From contig NC_087436.1 in NCBI RefSeq assembly GCF_036321535.1, positions 17,236,001-17,300,000 on the forward strand: a stretch of 64,000 bases of DNA, written 5' to 3'. Position numbers and translations under genes: made by a program. Shown piece after piece: positions 13,132 through 23,673 of the stretch (the first letter of the stretch is position 1; every line of letters begins with the position of its first letter). Source of the DNA: Camelus dromedarius. Lineage: Eukaryota. The notes under the pieces were generated by a model. It worked only from the letters and a program-made list of their open reading frames with translations. It did no database searches and was not told the DNA's origin.

Positions 13132-14957
13132 CACACTATTGGTGCTCTGAGTATAGAACCATTTAAAATACATTCTCCAGGCACCACAATAGAATTTACT
13201 ACTAGACCTCAGTTGGTTATTCTTAGACCACTGAGTGATGGCTTTGTGAGTCACATTAATGCCTTTCACCCAAATGCCAGCCAAGAACAGAGTAAAACCC
13301 CAGGATACGGTGCCTTTGCTTGATGGCACCCACTAGCCTTCGATTCTACCAGGGGAACTAGGGACGGTTCTGTGCTGAGGACAGACGCTAATTTTGTGAA
13401 AAGTCTTCCATTCCTCAACCCAGAACTGTAGATTTTGGTTTCCTTCCATTTTGGAGTAGCTCTGTGATGATTCTTTTGGGAAGACTCTACATGAAACACA
13501 TTAAACCTCTTCAAAAACCACTACTTATGTGTGTTTTAAAAGCTTCATTAGGAATAGTGTCTTTAGAGGACAATATGTACATTTATTAATAGAATTAGTT
13601 CAAGCAATAAGCTGTTTGAATACACTGGCCATATATATTATATACATATATAATCTATATTAAGTAATGTACATGCATAAATATGGAACACAGCTGTAAT
13701 TGAATATATCAATATTTATATGTTTTCCCAAATTCAAAGCAAAATGCAATGAAATTTGTATTTTGTGTGTACAGAGTTCCCCCTCCATATATATATATAT
13801 ATGTATAGGTGGATTCCCATTTGTATTAAGGAGTGAATTTCTGTGTATTTTATTATGTTATTTAAGTGGGTGTGATGTTTTGGAAATTGTGAAATGCAGG
13901 AAGCAAGACAAATTGTACATTAGCAAGTATCTTGGTGACCTTCCAGCTTGGCTATTCTCATCTTCCCCTGACATCTTAGGGCAACCAAGAGTGACCTTCA
14001 GGCTCCAGATTCAAGGTCTCCTCTCAGGAAAAGAGGAAGGAGAAAAATAGTTTAGGGTCCCAGGAGCTTTTTACAGAAAGATTTCATCACGTTTAATATC
14101 ATTTGGTATAATTTTCTATCTCTTGGCTGATTGTATAAAAAAGGGGCCAACACTGAGTCAAATTGCAAAACTGTTTTCCTTCTTCCTCTTCTAAACCATA
14201 AAAAATCATCCACACTAATATTACCATTAAAAAAAAAAGACCGAGGCCACACATACATGAGAAAAGCAAAGTATTTTAGTTGATCACAAAATGGGATGTC
14301 CAATGACGGTATTGAGTTTCTGGGAGTAAGTAGCAATGGCCAGACCTCTGTTAGCAGTGGGACCACATTGGGAGGCTTCGACACGGTCCAGGGATCATCA
14401 CCAGTATGCAGTGCACGTGAGTCCCTTTAAAGAGAATTTACAGAGCAATATATAAGGGCAGGAATATACTAAGTCCCGGACAGATTAATTAAGATGAATA
14501 ATTCACATGCTGTGTCCTTAAGAAGCTTACATATTGGTGCTTTGGGGAGAAAAAGGCACAGACCTCAAACAGGAATCAGACATGAGATAGTAAAACAGGT
14601 GCTTTAGAAAATAGGAAGTCAGGCTTTCAGATGGGGGAAGGAAGATGGTCACAAATCAACATGAAAATGTTCTGGAATGAGAAGAAAACATAAGCTAGAA
14701 AGGAAACAAGGTGGAAAATACAAAACAAAAGGAAGAAGATAAGCTGCTTGATCAGAATTTACCTTTAAAAACAAGACTAATACCTAGATAATGAGCTCTT
14801 AACTTATGTTCTCCATAGACCGTGCCGTAGACGAGGGGAGGGAGAAATGTCAATTTTTAGTCCCAGTTTGATCTCAAGCACCTGGGACAGTTCCTTGGCA
14901 TGTGAAAGTAGGTGCTCAAAAAATGTTTGTTGGAACATTGTAAATCAACTGTACATG

Positions 14958-15061
14958 GAAGAAAGAAAGAAAAGAAAGGAAAGAAAGAAAGGGAGAAAGA
15001 AAGAGAGAAAGAAAAAGAAAGAGAGAAAGAGAGAAAGAGAAAGAGAGAAAAAGAGAGAAAA
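14958..15061. repeat. GA-rich polypurine low-complexity tract
   Basis: (GAAA)/(GAGAAA)n-like run following an L2-like 3' end. Confidence 0.9.
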
Positions 15062-15984
15062 TGTTTGCTGAGTGACTTTCACCTGTTTCCTCCTCTCTCT
15101 CTCTCTGTCATGCTTCAAGGTTGTTCCCATGCTAAATTAAGCACTCTCTCCCCCTTTTCCTAAGTTATTACAATTACATTAGGTTCAACTAGATGGAATT
15201 AAGCTTTGAAGTCAAAGTACTTTGAGCAACAATTCCATACAGGTCAACCTAACCCTTCGACTGGTGTACAGGAGTTAAACTATTTGCTCCAAGAAGTTAA
15301 GACAAACAACCAATTACACTGAAATAATGCAACATATGATAAATTATCTCAGGATCAGCCTAAAGAAAGTCTTCCTGGAACTTTAATTTAAATGGCCCAA
15401 AATACTAAGTGATGTAGCTGTGAAGGTAACAGCAGTGACAACTTTGTCAACAATTGCAAATACACTGCAGAGCTGGGGCTTTGAGTATGGAGCTGGGTCC
15501 AACACCAGAAACGGACTTCCAGCATCTGGATGCTAAGTCTGGATGCTCTGCTTCCCACTGTTTATTATCGTTCCACTGAGGAGTGGAAATAGCTTAAAAA
15601 TGTAAATGCTTTAGTTTTGGTTTAGTGGATGTATCCCAGTGTGGTTCTCCTCCTTCTGCTCCTACACACCACTCTTTTTTGGGTACCAATTGGTAGTCAT
15701 TCTCAGTTTCACACTCCATTTCACAAAGAGCCCTAGTTTCTCTGGGAGTTGAATTGCAACCAGGAGTAATGAACTTAGAGAGCCTGCTGTGGGGTTAAGG
15801 GTTATGGCAGAACCTGACCTAGTCTCATGACAGGAGCTCCTGTCCTTAACAAGTAGAGTGACCATATTGTTAGGGCAGGCAGGTAGCTGGATTTAAGCAG
15901 AGAAAGGGGAACACGGGCCAAATGGGAGGAAACCATACATCTTGTGAACAACAGGGGTCCCCGGGCAGACCAAGAAAAGCAGGA

Positions 15985-16162
15985 ACTAGATAAACATCAA
16001 GGTCATACTGTAGAGCACAGGGAACTACTCAATACCTTGTAAGGGCCTATAATGAAAAAGAATATGAAAAGGAATATATATATATATATATATGTAAAAC
16101 TGACACCAGAAATTAACACATTGCAAACTGACTATACTTCAATTAAAAAAAAAAATGAAAGA
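15985..16162 (+). mobile_element. Short L1 3' UTR fragment inside the LTR
   Basis: actgtagagcacagggaac...aactgactatacttcaattaaaaaa; TSD aagaaaagcagga at 15972-15984 and 16163-16175. Confidence 0.9.
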
Positions 16163-16551
16163 AAGAAAAGCAGGAGCCTCCAGACTGAAAAGAAACCACA
16201 CATTTTGGGTTCACAAGTGTCCTGGAGGGCAGATAAAGAAAGGTGGGACAAGACAGGAATCTCCACCATCGGAACATAACCTTTTGGTCTTTTGGTCATT
16301 ATGCCCTCATAAAACTTCCTGATCAAGACTAAATCAGGATGAAAAAAATCCCTCCTCTACTTGGGAAGGTGGAGCTGGGATGAAGATTGGGAAAGATGAC
16401 TCCCAACCCCCTCCTCACCAATGAATATTCTGCCCATTCATTTTTATAGCTCATATAACCAGCTTACCAAAGAAATTCCGACTACCCACCTGGGTCTGCC
16501 CCACTATCCCCTTGAGAGTGTACTATCTATCCCTTAATAAATCTTTGCTTT

Positions 16552-17044
16552 TTTTTTTTTAAGATTCTACATACAAGTGATGTCATATGGTACGTTTCTC
16601 TTTCTGGCTTACTTCACTTAAAATGACAATCTTCAGATCCATCCATGTTGCTGCAAATGACATTATTGCATTATTTTTTATCAGTGAATAGTATTCCATT
16701 GTATATACCATAACTTCTTTATCCAGTCATCTGTTGATGGACATTTAGGTTGCATCATGTCTTGGCTATTGTAAATAGTGCTGCTGTGAACACTGGGGTG
16801 CAGGTGTCTTTTTGAATTAGAGCTCCCTCTGGATATATGCCCAGGAGTGGGATTGCTGGATCATAGGCTAAGTCTCTTTTTAGTCTTTTAAGGAATCTCT
16901 GTACTGTTTTCCATAATGGCTGCACCAAACTGCATTCCCACCAGCAGTGTAGGAGGGTTCCCTTTTCTCCACACCCTCTCCAGCATTTATCATTTGTGGA
17001 CTTTTTATTGATGGCCATTCTGACTGGTGTGACTGGTAGTTTTG
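16552..17044 (-). mobile_element. L1 ORF2 C-terminal fragment lacking the distal 3' UTR, inside the LTR
   Basis: ORF 16755-17018 encodes [19 protein letters not shown] (L1 ORF2 cysteine-rich domain) and [15 protein letters not shown] aataaatc(t/c)ttgcttt at 16536-16551 and 17045-17060. Confidence 0.93.
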
Positions 17045-17615
17045 AATAAATCCTTGCTTTGCTTTCTTGACCTCCATGTTTTATTTCTGAATTCTTTCTT
17101 CAACGAGACAAGAACCTGTTCTCCTATAACAATATAATTTATCTCCTGAATATGGACCTTTTGAGAGTGAAAAGGTGAACTATTAATAATTACGCTAGGA
17201 TAACAAACCTAAATAGAGACTGTCTCAGGCAAACATAGACATATAGTTACACTATAATTTGAGCATGTCCTAAGAACACATCTGTTAGATGTTCTGAGTA
17301 TAAAAAGGCTAATAAGGTCAAATAACTAACTCACAAGAACGGGAGTTCCATATCAAGAAGGAAAGGTCATAGTGTGTTATTAACCATGTAGGTTAACTAA
17401 GTCTCCTTCAATTATCACAGTCTAGACCTCTGCTTTCTGTGAGACTTTGCAAATAGATTCTACACATTTTGTTCCATGACTTCTGGCAGACAGTACTAAT
17501 GTTTCTAATTCTCCTAATATTTTCCAAGTTCATTTGGAAGGAAAGAAGTTTCCTTTCCTGACATCATATATTGTTGTGTTATCCAGGTAATACTTTGTTC
17601 TAGATCATGTTTCTT

Positions 17616-17941
17616 TCTTTCTTTCTTTTTTAGTTTAAAATGATAGAAATTTATTCTGTTACATTTCTTTAGACTGGAAGTCTGAAATCCAGATGTTGGG
17701 AGGGTTGTGCCCCTTCTGAAGCTCTAGGGAAGAATCGTTCCTTGCCTCCTCCAGTTTGCACTCACTCCAGATATTCCTTGGTTCGTGGCTGCATAACTCC
17801 AACCTCTGTCTTGAGTCTTCACCTGGGCTTCTTCTCTGTGTCTGTGTCAACTCTTCTGTCTCGTATAAGGACTCCTGCCATTGGATTTAAGGCCCACCTG
17901 GATAATCTAGGGTGATCTCCGTGCGAGATCACTAACCTCAT
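17616..17941 (-). mobile_element. MLT1C-like LTR fragment with A-rich tail and 15-bp TSD (retrocopy-like)
   Basis: MLT1 body (ccttaaatccaatg...ccctagagcttcaga...gatttcagacttc...agaataaatttct on minus strand), A-rich tail, TSD tagatcatgtttctt at 17601-17615 and 17942-17956. Confidence 0.8.
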
Positions 17942-18199
17942 TAGATCATGTTTCTTCAACTAGAATCCTTTCTAACTGGATTAGAGAGTAAATAAATTAA
18001 AGTAAAATTATGTGAGAATACTTGGTGCATTTAATTGTAAGGAGCAAGGTCTGGAGTGTCACAAATTCAGGTCAAAGGTCAAAACACTCATATTTTAATT
18101 TTATCTTTGCTATTAAGTCCCATATTCTCAAAGAAATAAAATAGAGGAAGGACCATCCTACATGTCTTCTTTGTACTAGGATTGTGTGAAGCTGTATAA

Positions 18200-18365
18200 A
18201 AATCTCATTGACCCCTTACAATGGTCCTGTAAAGATCACGCTGTATTCCCTTTATGCAAGTTCATAACCGAGGCTCCACAAAATTGAGTAACTTGCCCCA
18301 AACCCTCCTCTAGAGAAAAGTACAACAAGATTCAAGTCCAGGTCTATCTGCAAAGTCCCTGCTGC
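18200..18365 (-). mobile_element. MIR SINE, degraded
   Basis: ccgaggctccacaaaattgagtaacttgcccca...gattcaagtccaggtct is the MIR core reverse complement. Confidence 0.7.
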
Positions 18366-18409
18366 CAGGCAATCATTCATTTACTTATCTTGAATATAGA
18401 AATCTTTTC

Positions 18410-18604
18410 TTTTTTTTAAATTGAAGTATAGTCAGTTACAATCTGTCAATTTCTTAGTGTACAGCATAGTGTTTCAGTCATCCATATGCATACATATATT
18501 CATTTTCATATTCTCTTTCATTATAGGTTACTATAAGATATTGAATATAGTTCCCTGTGCTATACAGACGAAATTTGGTTTTTTAAATCCACTTTATATA
18601 TAAT
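18410..18604 (-). mobile_element. Short L1 3' UTR fragment
   Basis: Poly-T, ttgaagtatagtcagttacaat, atagttccctgtgctataca; TSD aatcttttc at 18401-18409 and 18605-18613. Confidence 0.88.
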
Positions 18605-20963
18605 AATCTTTTCCATGATTCAGAAGATGGTTGGGAAGGCTGAAAAAATAATTGAATGCTAAATATTTTTAAATTTTTAAACAAACTATATATTTTGACA
18701 TTACTGGAATCTTTTCCTTCCATTTCTCTAGTTCTCTCTTGATCCTTTGATTCAATATTTAAATGAAACTTTCGAAATACTGAGATGAAGCTTTACACCA
18801 AGGAGATGGATTGCAAATAGTTTTCAGTGTGGTGTTTGCCCTTCCTTTGACTCTGAGTCCAGTGTGAGCCCACCATGCTGGGACAGTGTCTGTCTTCATG
18901 GCCACTTGCATCTATTATCATCACTACCCTCCATCACCCTGCCATTTCAAAACAACTGCTTTGTCTTGTATTTATATTGGGATTCTTTATCAAACCAAGG
19001 TAAAACTTGTTTTTAATTATTATGTCATCCCACCTCATCTATAAGATGCCGTTCAAGCTAATCGGTGGCAGCACAAGAGTTGAAGATGAAAGAAGAGGTG
19101 AAAAGAGAACAAGACAATTGCAATGTTAGTCTCTGTTTCCAAAGCATCACCTGAGGCTCCATTCAGGTAATTTCAATTAAGCTTTATGGCAGTTACTCAA
19201 CTAAAACCCCAGCAAATGCTACCGTAAGTAGATTCAGCACTCTACATCTACAGAGCTGCCGAGGAATTCAAACTGTAATTTTTTTCAAATGTACCAAAAA
19301 ATATTGCTCCCAGGACTGACCTATGTGACATGTTCCCCATGGTCTAATGCAAATTAAGATGACTGTGATATAAAGATCTTTGAGACCAGGGTCATAATAG
19401 AAACATTAGCAGATCCTTCACGACAGAAGCCCTGCAGGGGGCCATTAAGATATTTTATGGACATTCTCCTGCCAGCCTGAAAGCAAATGGCAAAGAACAG
19501 GAAACACAAGCAACTGTACAAAGAAAACAAAACAAAAACCCAATGAGAGGCAATGAAGACGTCATTAAAAACATAAAGGCAATGAAAATGCCTATGGTGT
19601 ATTTTCCATTATCTGTGACCGTGGGCTTCCGTGTGGCTCTGTGTTCATTATCTGCTTAAAGAAAAATCCTGCCTTATACTTCTAGGCTCACACATTCTTT
19701 AAGAGCATGATTCCTCAGAAGAGGAGGGACAAAGCCCTATGCTAGCTGTCAAAAAACAATTTAGTGTAAAAGGTAAGAGTAAAACATCCTGTGAGAGTTT
19801 TCCCTCTGCAGTCTTCACTCTTGTCTCTCAGGGAACCCACCCAGGATGACAGGAAGATAAAAATTAGATTGAGGCCTTTTACGATGTTTTGACTGTTCAT
19901 ATCTTCCCAGTGTGTTATTCAAAGTTTCAGTTTTCTACCTCAAAAAAGGCAGCTGGTTAGCAAAACGCCATTCAACAGAAGAGATCTCTTAGCCACAGTT
20001 AAACCGTCAGGTTATTCCAGATTAGATTCATAGAGAAATGTAATCTTTCTGCAGAAATGTTTCTCAACGTTGACTGTGACTCAAATTTGTGATTTCCAAC
20101 AAACTCTCTCTAAAAACAGCAATTAATAGGTTTCTTAATTCCTGAAGTGTTTAGCTATTCCTTCTGTAGTTTTTTTTCTTTTCTTTTCTTTTCTTTTCCC
20201 TTAGCATAAGACCAAAACAAGTAATTCTGGTTGAAGTGTAAGTGAAATAGGTATTATTTCCTTTGAATAAAGCAAGGAATTGGGGCTAATTTCTCAACTA
20301 CTTTCCACCATAATACGTTTCATTCCAGGTATCTCAAGGTTAAATTTGATGTCAGTACAGACTACCAGGAAAATAGCCCCATTTCCTTTGTTTGCTTTGC
20401 ATGTGTAAATGTAGCCTTTACATAATATTCTTCTTCTTCTTTTTCTTTTGTAGAACACTAAATTAAATGTGACCACAAAGTCTGCATTTTTCCAATTTTT
20501 AGTTGCTATTTGATGAAAAGTTTGGCAGCTTAACTCTCATAAAAATGATTAAGTAGAATTATTTTGGAAAGACTCTGCTATCACGTAATGTTTGGGAAGA
20601 TGGTAAAACGGAAAGTCTCTCTCTCTCTAATCAAATAACACTTTGGTAAGTTTCTTCCATAATAAAATTTAGGTCCTAAAGAATTAAGCTTGAAATGTGA
20701 AACATACAGAGATTTACTCTTTGCTATCAGTCTGAAGTAGATTGCTTTCTTTTCCTTAGAAATAGTCACTTTCCAGGTAAATTAAATTATATTAATAAAT
20801 TTTTCTCATTACCAATGCTTTATTCAATTTTCTACTGCTACAACTCTAAGTACAAGATTTACTTTAATGAATCATTAGATATGAATCGGAAAATAGAAAT
20901 TATTTGCAGAGATTATTGTATTTCTCTTCATTTCAAAAAGCTTTCAAAAGTGACCTCTAGCAT

Positions 20964-21351
20964 GGAATACTACTCAGCCATAAAAAAGAATGAAATAATG
21001 CCATTTGCAGCAACATCAATGGACCTGGAGATTGCCATATTAAGTGAAGTAAGCCAGAAAGAGAAAGAAAAATACCATATAATATCATTTATGGGCAGAA
21101 TCTAAAAAAAAATAAATAAATAAGACACAAATGAAATTTACCAAACAGAGACAGACTCACAGACAGAAAACAAGCTTATGGTTACCACAGGGGAAAAGGG
21201 AGTTGGTGGAGGGATAAATTGGGAGTTTGGGATTTGAAGATACACACTATCATATATAAAACAGATAAACAACAAGGTCCTACTGTATAGCACAGAGAAT
21301 TATATTTAATACCTTGTAGTGGTCTATAATGAAAAAAGAATATGAAAAGGA

Positions 21352-21400
<49 letters not shown>

Positions 21401-21467
21401 AACTGAATCCCTATGGTGTACATCAGAAACTAACACAACATTGTAAACTGACTATACCTTAATGAAA
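20964..21467 (+). mobile_element. 5'-truncated L1 3' end
   Basis: MEYYSAIKKNEIMPFAAT...LSEVSQKEKEKYH ORF2 terminus; TSD aaaagtgacct(c/g)tagcat at 20946-20963 and 21468-21485. Confidence 0.93.
21355..21396. repeat. (TG)21 microsatellite inside the L1 3' UTR
   Basis: Direct reading. Confidence 0.95.
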
Positions 21468-21532
21468 AAAAGTGACCTGTAGCATTCTTGAAACTTATGT
21501 TTAGTTAATATTTGAGAATTTCCCTTTGTATC

Positions 21533-21800
21533 TGATGGGGTTGAGGACACGCTAACCCAAAACATGGCACCTTAACATATTGAACATTTTAAGCTGAAGG
21601 GGTTTGAGAAAATGGCAGAAGTAGGAGGGTCACCCTGACCTTTACCCCACCCTTCTCCTTTGAAACAGGTCATAAAATCCTCATGTGAGAGATGTCCTCC
21701 CTCTACCCAAACTAAAGGAGCATCCTTAGCTCCAAAGACAAAGGGATTCCAAGAAGACTGCTAACAAACAGGTCTTGCTACATTTCTACCAGTTTACTAT
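21533..21800 (+). mobile_element. MER31-like ERV1 LTR, 5' part
   Basis: tgatggggttgaggacacgctaacccaaaacatggcacc...ttttaagctgaagg...tttgagaaa matches the recalled MER31 start. Confidence 0.75.
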
Positions 21801-22583
21801 ACTTCTTGGGGAAAACGTTAATTCTTTAATAAAAGACAAATGAGAAACATCCCATAGTCATAGACAGGAGTTCTTTATATTACACAGACGATATATTGCA
21901 TATATTCTTCTACAAATTTAATGCAAACTCAAGATCTATTTAGATATTTGAGGAACTCAAGATAGTTACTTAAGAAGTTATTTGGAAAATAGAGGTCTAC
22001 AAATAACAATCACCTTCACCATGAAGAATAAACAAGGATAACTTTCCCTACCAGAGTTTAAGACATGCTCTTAAAGGCAGGCCCTGGGTCCCGAGCTAGG
22101 TGTGCTTCACATGAAAAAAAAAAGACCTGAGTAAGGATTCCACAAACCTTCTTCCAGGCCCCTAACAAAGACAGCCCAAGGAAAAGAAAAGAATAAAATA
22201 AAGGCCCCAAACTGTGACCACAGTTGTAAGGTAAAGTAATTCCATACCAGTGAAAATGTGAACGGATGAAGATCAGCCTCTTGACAATAAGTTTAGCAAC
22301 ACTTCCATCCTTGAGGAATAATGCACAGAGAGGAGGGCAGAGGTTCCCTTGTAAGCCAAAGGGTGGAAATGATGGACAGTTGTCTTCTGTAGAGGTGAGA
22401 GTGGGAGCAAGGCGACTGGGGGAAACGGGCTCCTCTCTACGATAATATTCAATCATAAGGATGTATCATAAGTCATTAAGCCACATTCAGATTCTTGGAA
22501 AATCAATGTGTGCCTAGTTTTTAGCATAAATAATACTGTGGTATATTGGTAAAATTAAAGCATTTGATACCTGTCTCTCTATT

Positions 22584-22632
22584 ATCTATCTATGTATCTA
22601 TCTATCTATCTATCTATTATCTACAGATCTAT
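22584..22632. repeat. (TCTA)n tetranucleotide repeat
   Basis: Direct reading. Confidence 0.9.
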
Positions 22633-23230
22633 TTTGCTTACAAAAATACAAAAAACAAAATAAAAACAAAACTAAACATCCTTTCACCGAAATATCTGTA
22701 AGATGGATATTTACTTGCTCAATAAGCAAGCTTACATTTGCCCTCAGGAAGATGAGTGTGGTTCAATTTGCCCACTTTTCATTAATGTTGACTCTGAAGT
22801 CAGTAGTGTTGACTTGACAATTAGCAGGTGCCATTTTGATTCAAATATCAGCCTTTACATAAACAACTGAGACCTGCTTGGAATCTCAAAAGTTTTGTCA
22901 TGAGAGGACCAGACTCACAGAGGAGAAACCCCCTTGAGGTCAGTCTCCAGATCAGTGGTTTTGCTATTGCCCACACTTGTTCTAGAGTCTGGCCTAAAGA
23001 TGGTAAAATTGCTTTAAAAAAAATACTAAGACTATTCTGTTCCCAACTCAGTGTATAAAACTTGAACTTCAAATAGCAGTGTTATATTGAAGCAATTGTA
23101 ATTCCTGTGTTTATTCAAACTCCTTTCCTCTCTTTCTCCAATATTCCTACCCAGAGTCAACCATTTTCAGCTGGCTTGTCTGGAAAAATGTTTTTAAATG
23201 TTCTAGAGACTTCCTCTTGTTTGTCTTCTT

Positions 23231-23388
23231 CTTTTTTTTAATTTTTTTTTTTTTTTTTTTTTTTTTTTGGTGGAGGGAGGTAATTAGGTTTATATATTTA
23301 TTTGTTTTTAATGCAGGTACTGGAGATTGAACCCAGGACCTCATGCATGCTAAGCATTCGCTCTGCCACTTGAGCTACACCCTCCCCC
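23231..23388 (-). mobile_element. tRNA-Ala-derived SINE (vic-1-like, camelid)
   Basis: Minus strand ggggagggtgtagctcaagtggcagagcgaatgcttagcatgcatgaggtcctgggttcaatc, long poly-A; TSD cttgtttg(t/c)cttctt at 23216-23230 and 23389-23403. Confidence 0.92.
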
Positions 23389-23533
23389 CTTGTTTGCCTT
23401 CTTGAACAGTGTTTGTAGAGCTAAAGCTTATTTACTTCAGTTGTTAACATCTGTCTTTTAGTTCATTCCTTCACTCATTCATTCAACAAGTATTTATTAA
23501 GGACGTTCACTTTGTCATTAAGTGTGCTTGATC

Positions 23534-23673
23534 TGGAGGGGAGGGTATAGCTCAAGTGGTAGAGTGCATGCTTAGCATACGCAAGGTCCTGGGTTGAATC
23601 CCCATAACCTCCTCCAAAAATAAATAAATAAGTAAGGAAACCTAAGTAGCTCCCCCTTAAAAATACGCACATA
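23534..23673 (+). mobile_element. tRNA-Ala-derived SINE (vic-1-like) inserted in an L2 fragment
   Basis: ggggagggtatagctcaagtggtagagtgcatgcttagc...ggtcctgggttgaatcccc; TSD taag(t/a)gtgcttgatc at 23519-23533 and 23674-23688; flanks resemble L2 minus strand (cattcattcaacaagtatttatt). Confidence 0.92.

Larger units (their letters stand above)
15868..17131 (+). mobile_element. ERV1-type solo LTR interrupted by two L1 insertions
   Basis: TGTTA...TAACA termini, 4-bp TSD ATAT (15864-15867 and 17132-17135), ccaat, tataa and aataaa signals in order; family not identified. Confidence 0.8.
15854..17254 (+). mobile_element. MER94-like hAT-Blackjack MITE split by an LTR (pieces 15854-15867 and 17132-17254)
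   Basis: Rejoined sequence tagagtgaccatat|aatttatc...ttttgagagtgaaa...ctattaataattacgc...gactgtctcaggcaaac...atagttacacta follows the MER94 consensus with degenerate TAGGGTGACC termini. Confidence 0.75.

Noticed and set aside
14847..15163. K/E/R-rich ORFs
   Set aside because: Translation of a GA-rich low-complexity tract.
16755..17018. 87-aa ORF with a Cys/His motif
   Set aside because: L1 ORF2 remnant, not a host gene.
23538..23615. tRNA-Ala(AGC)-like sequences (also near 23315-23388 and 63360-63435)
   Set aside because: Each has a SINE body, A-tail and TSD, so these are SINE heads rather than tRNA genes.
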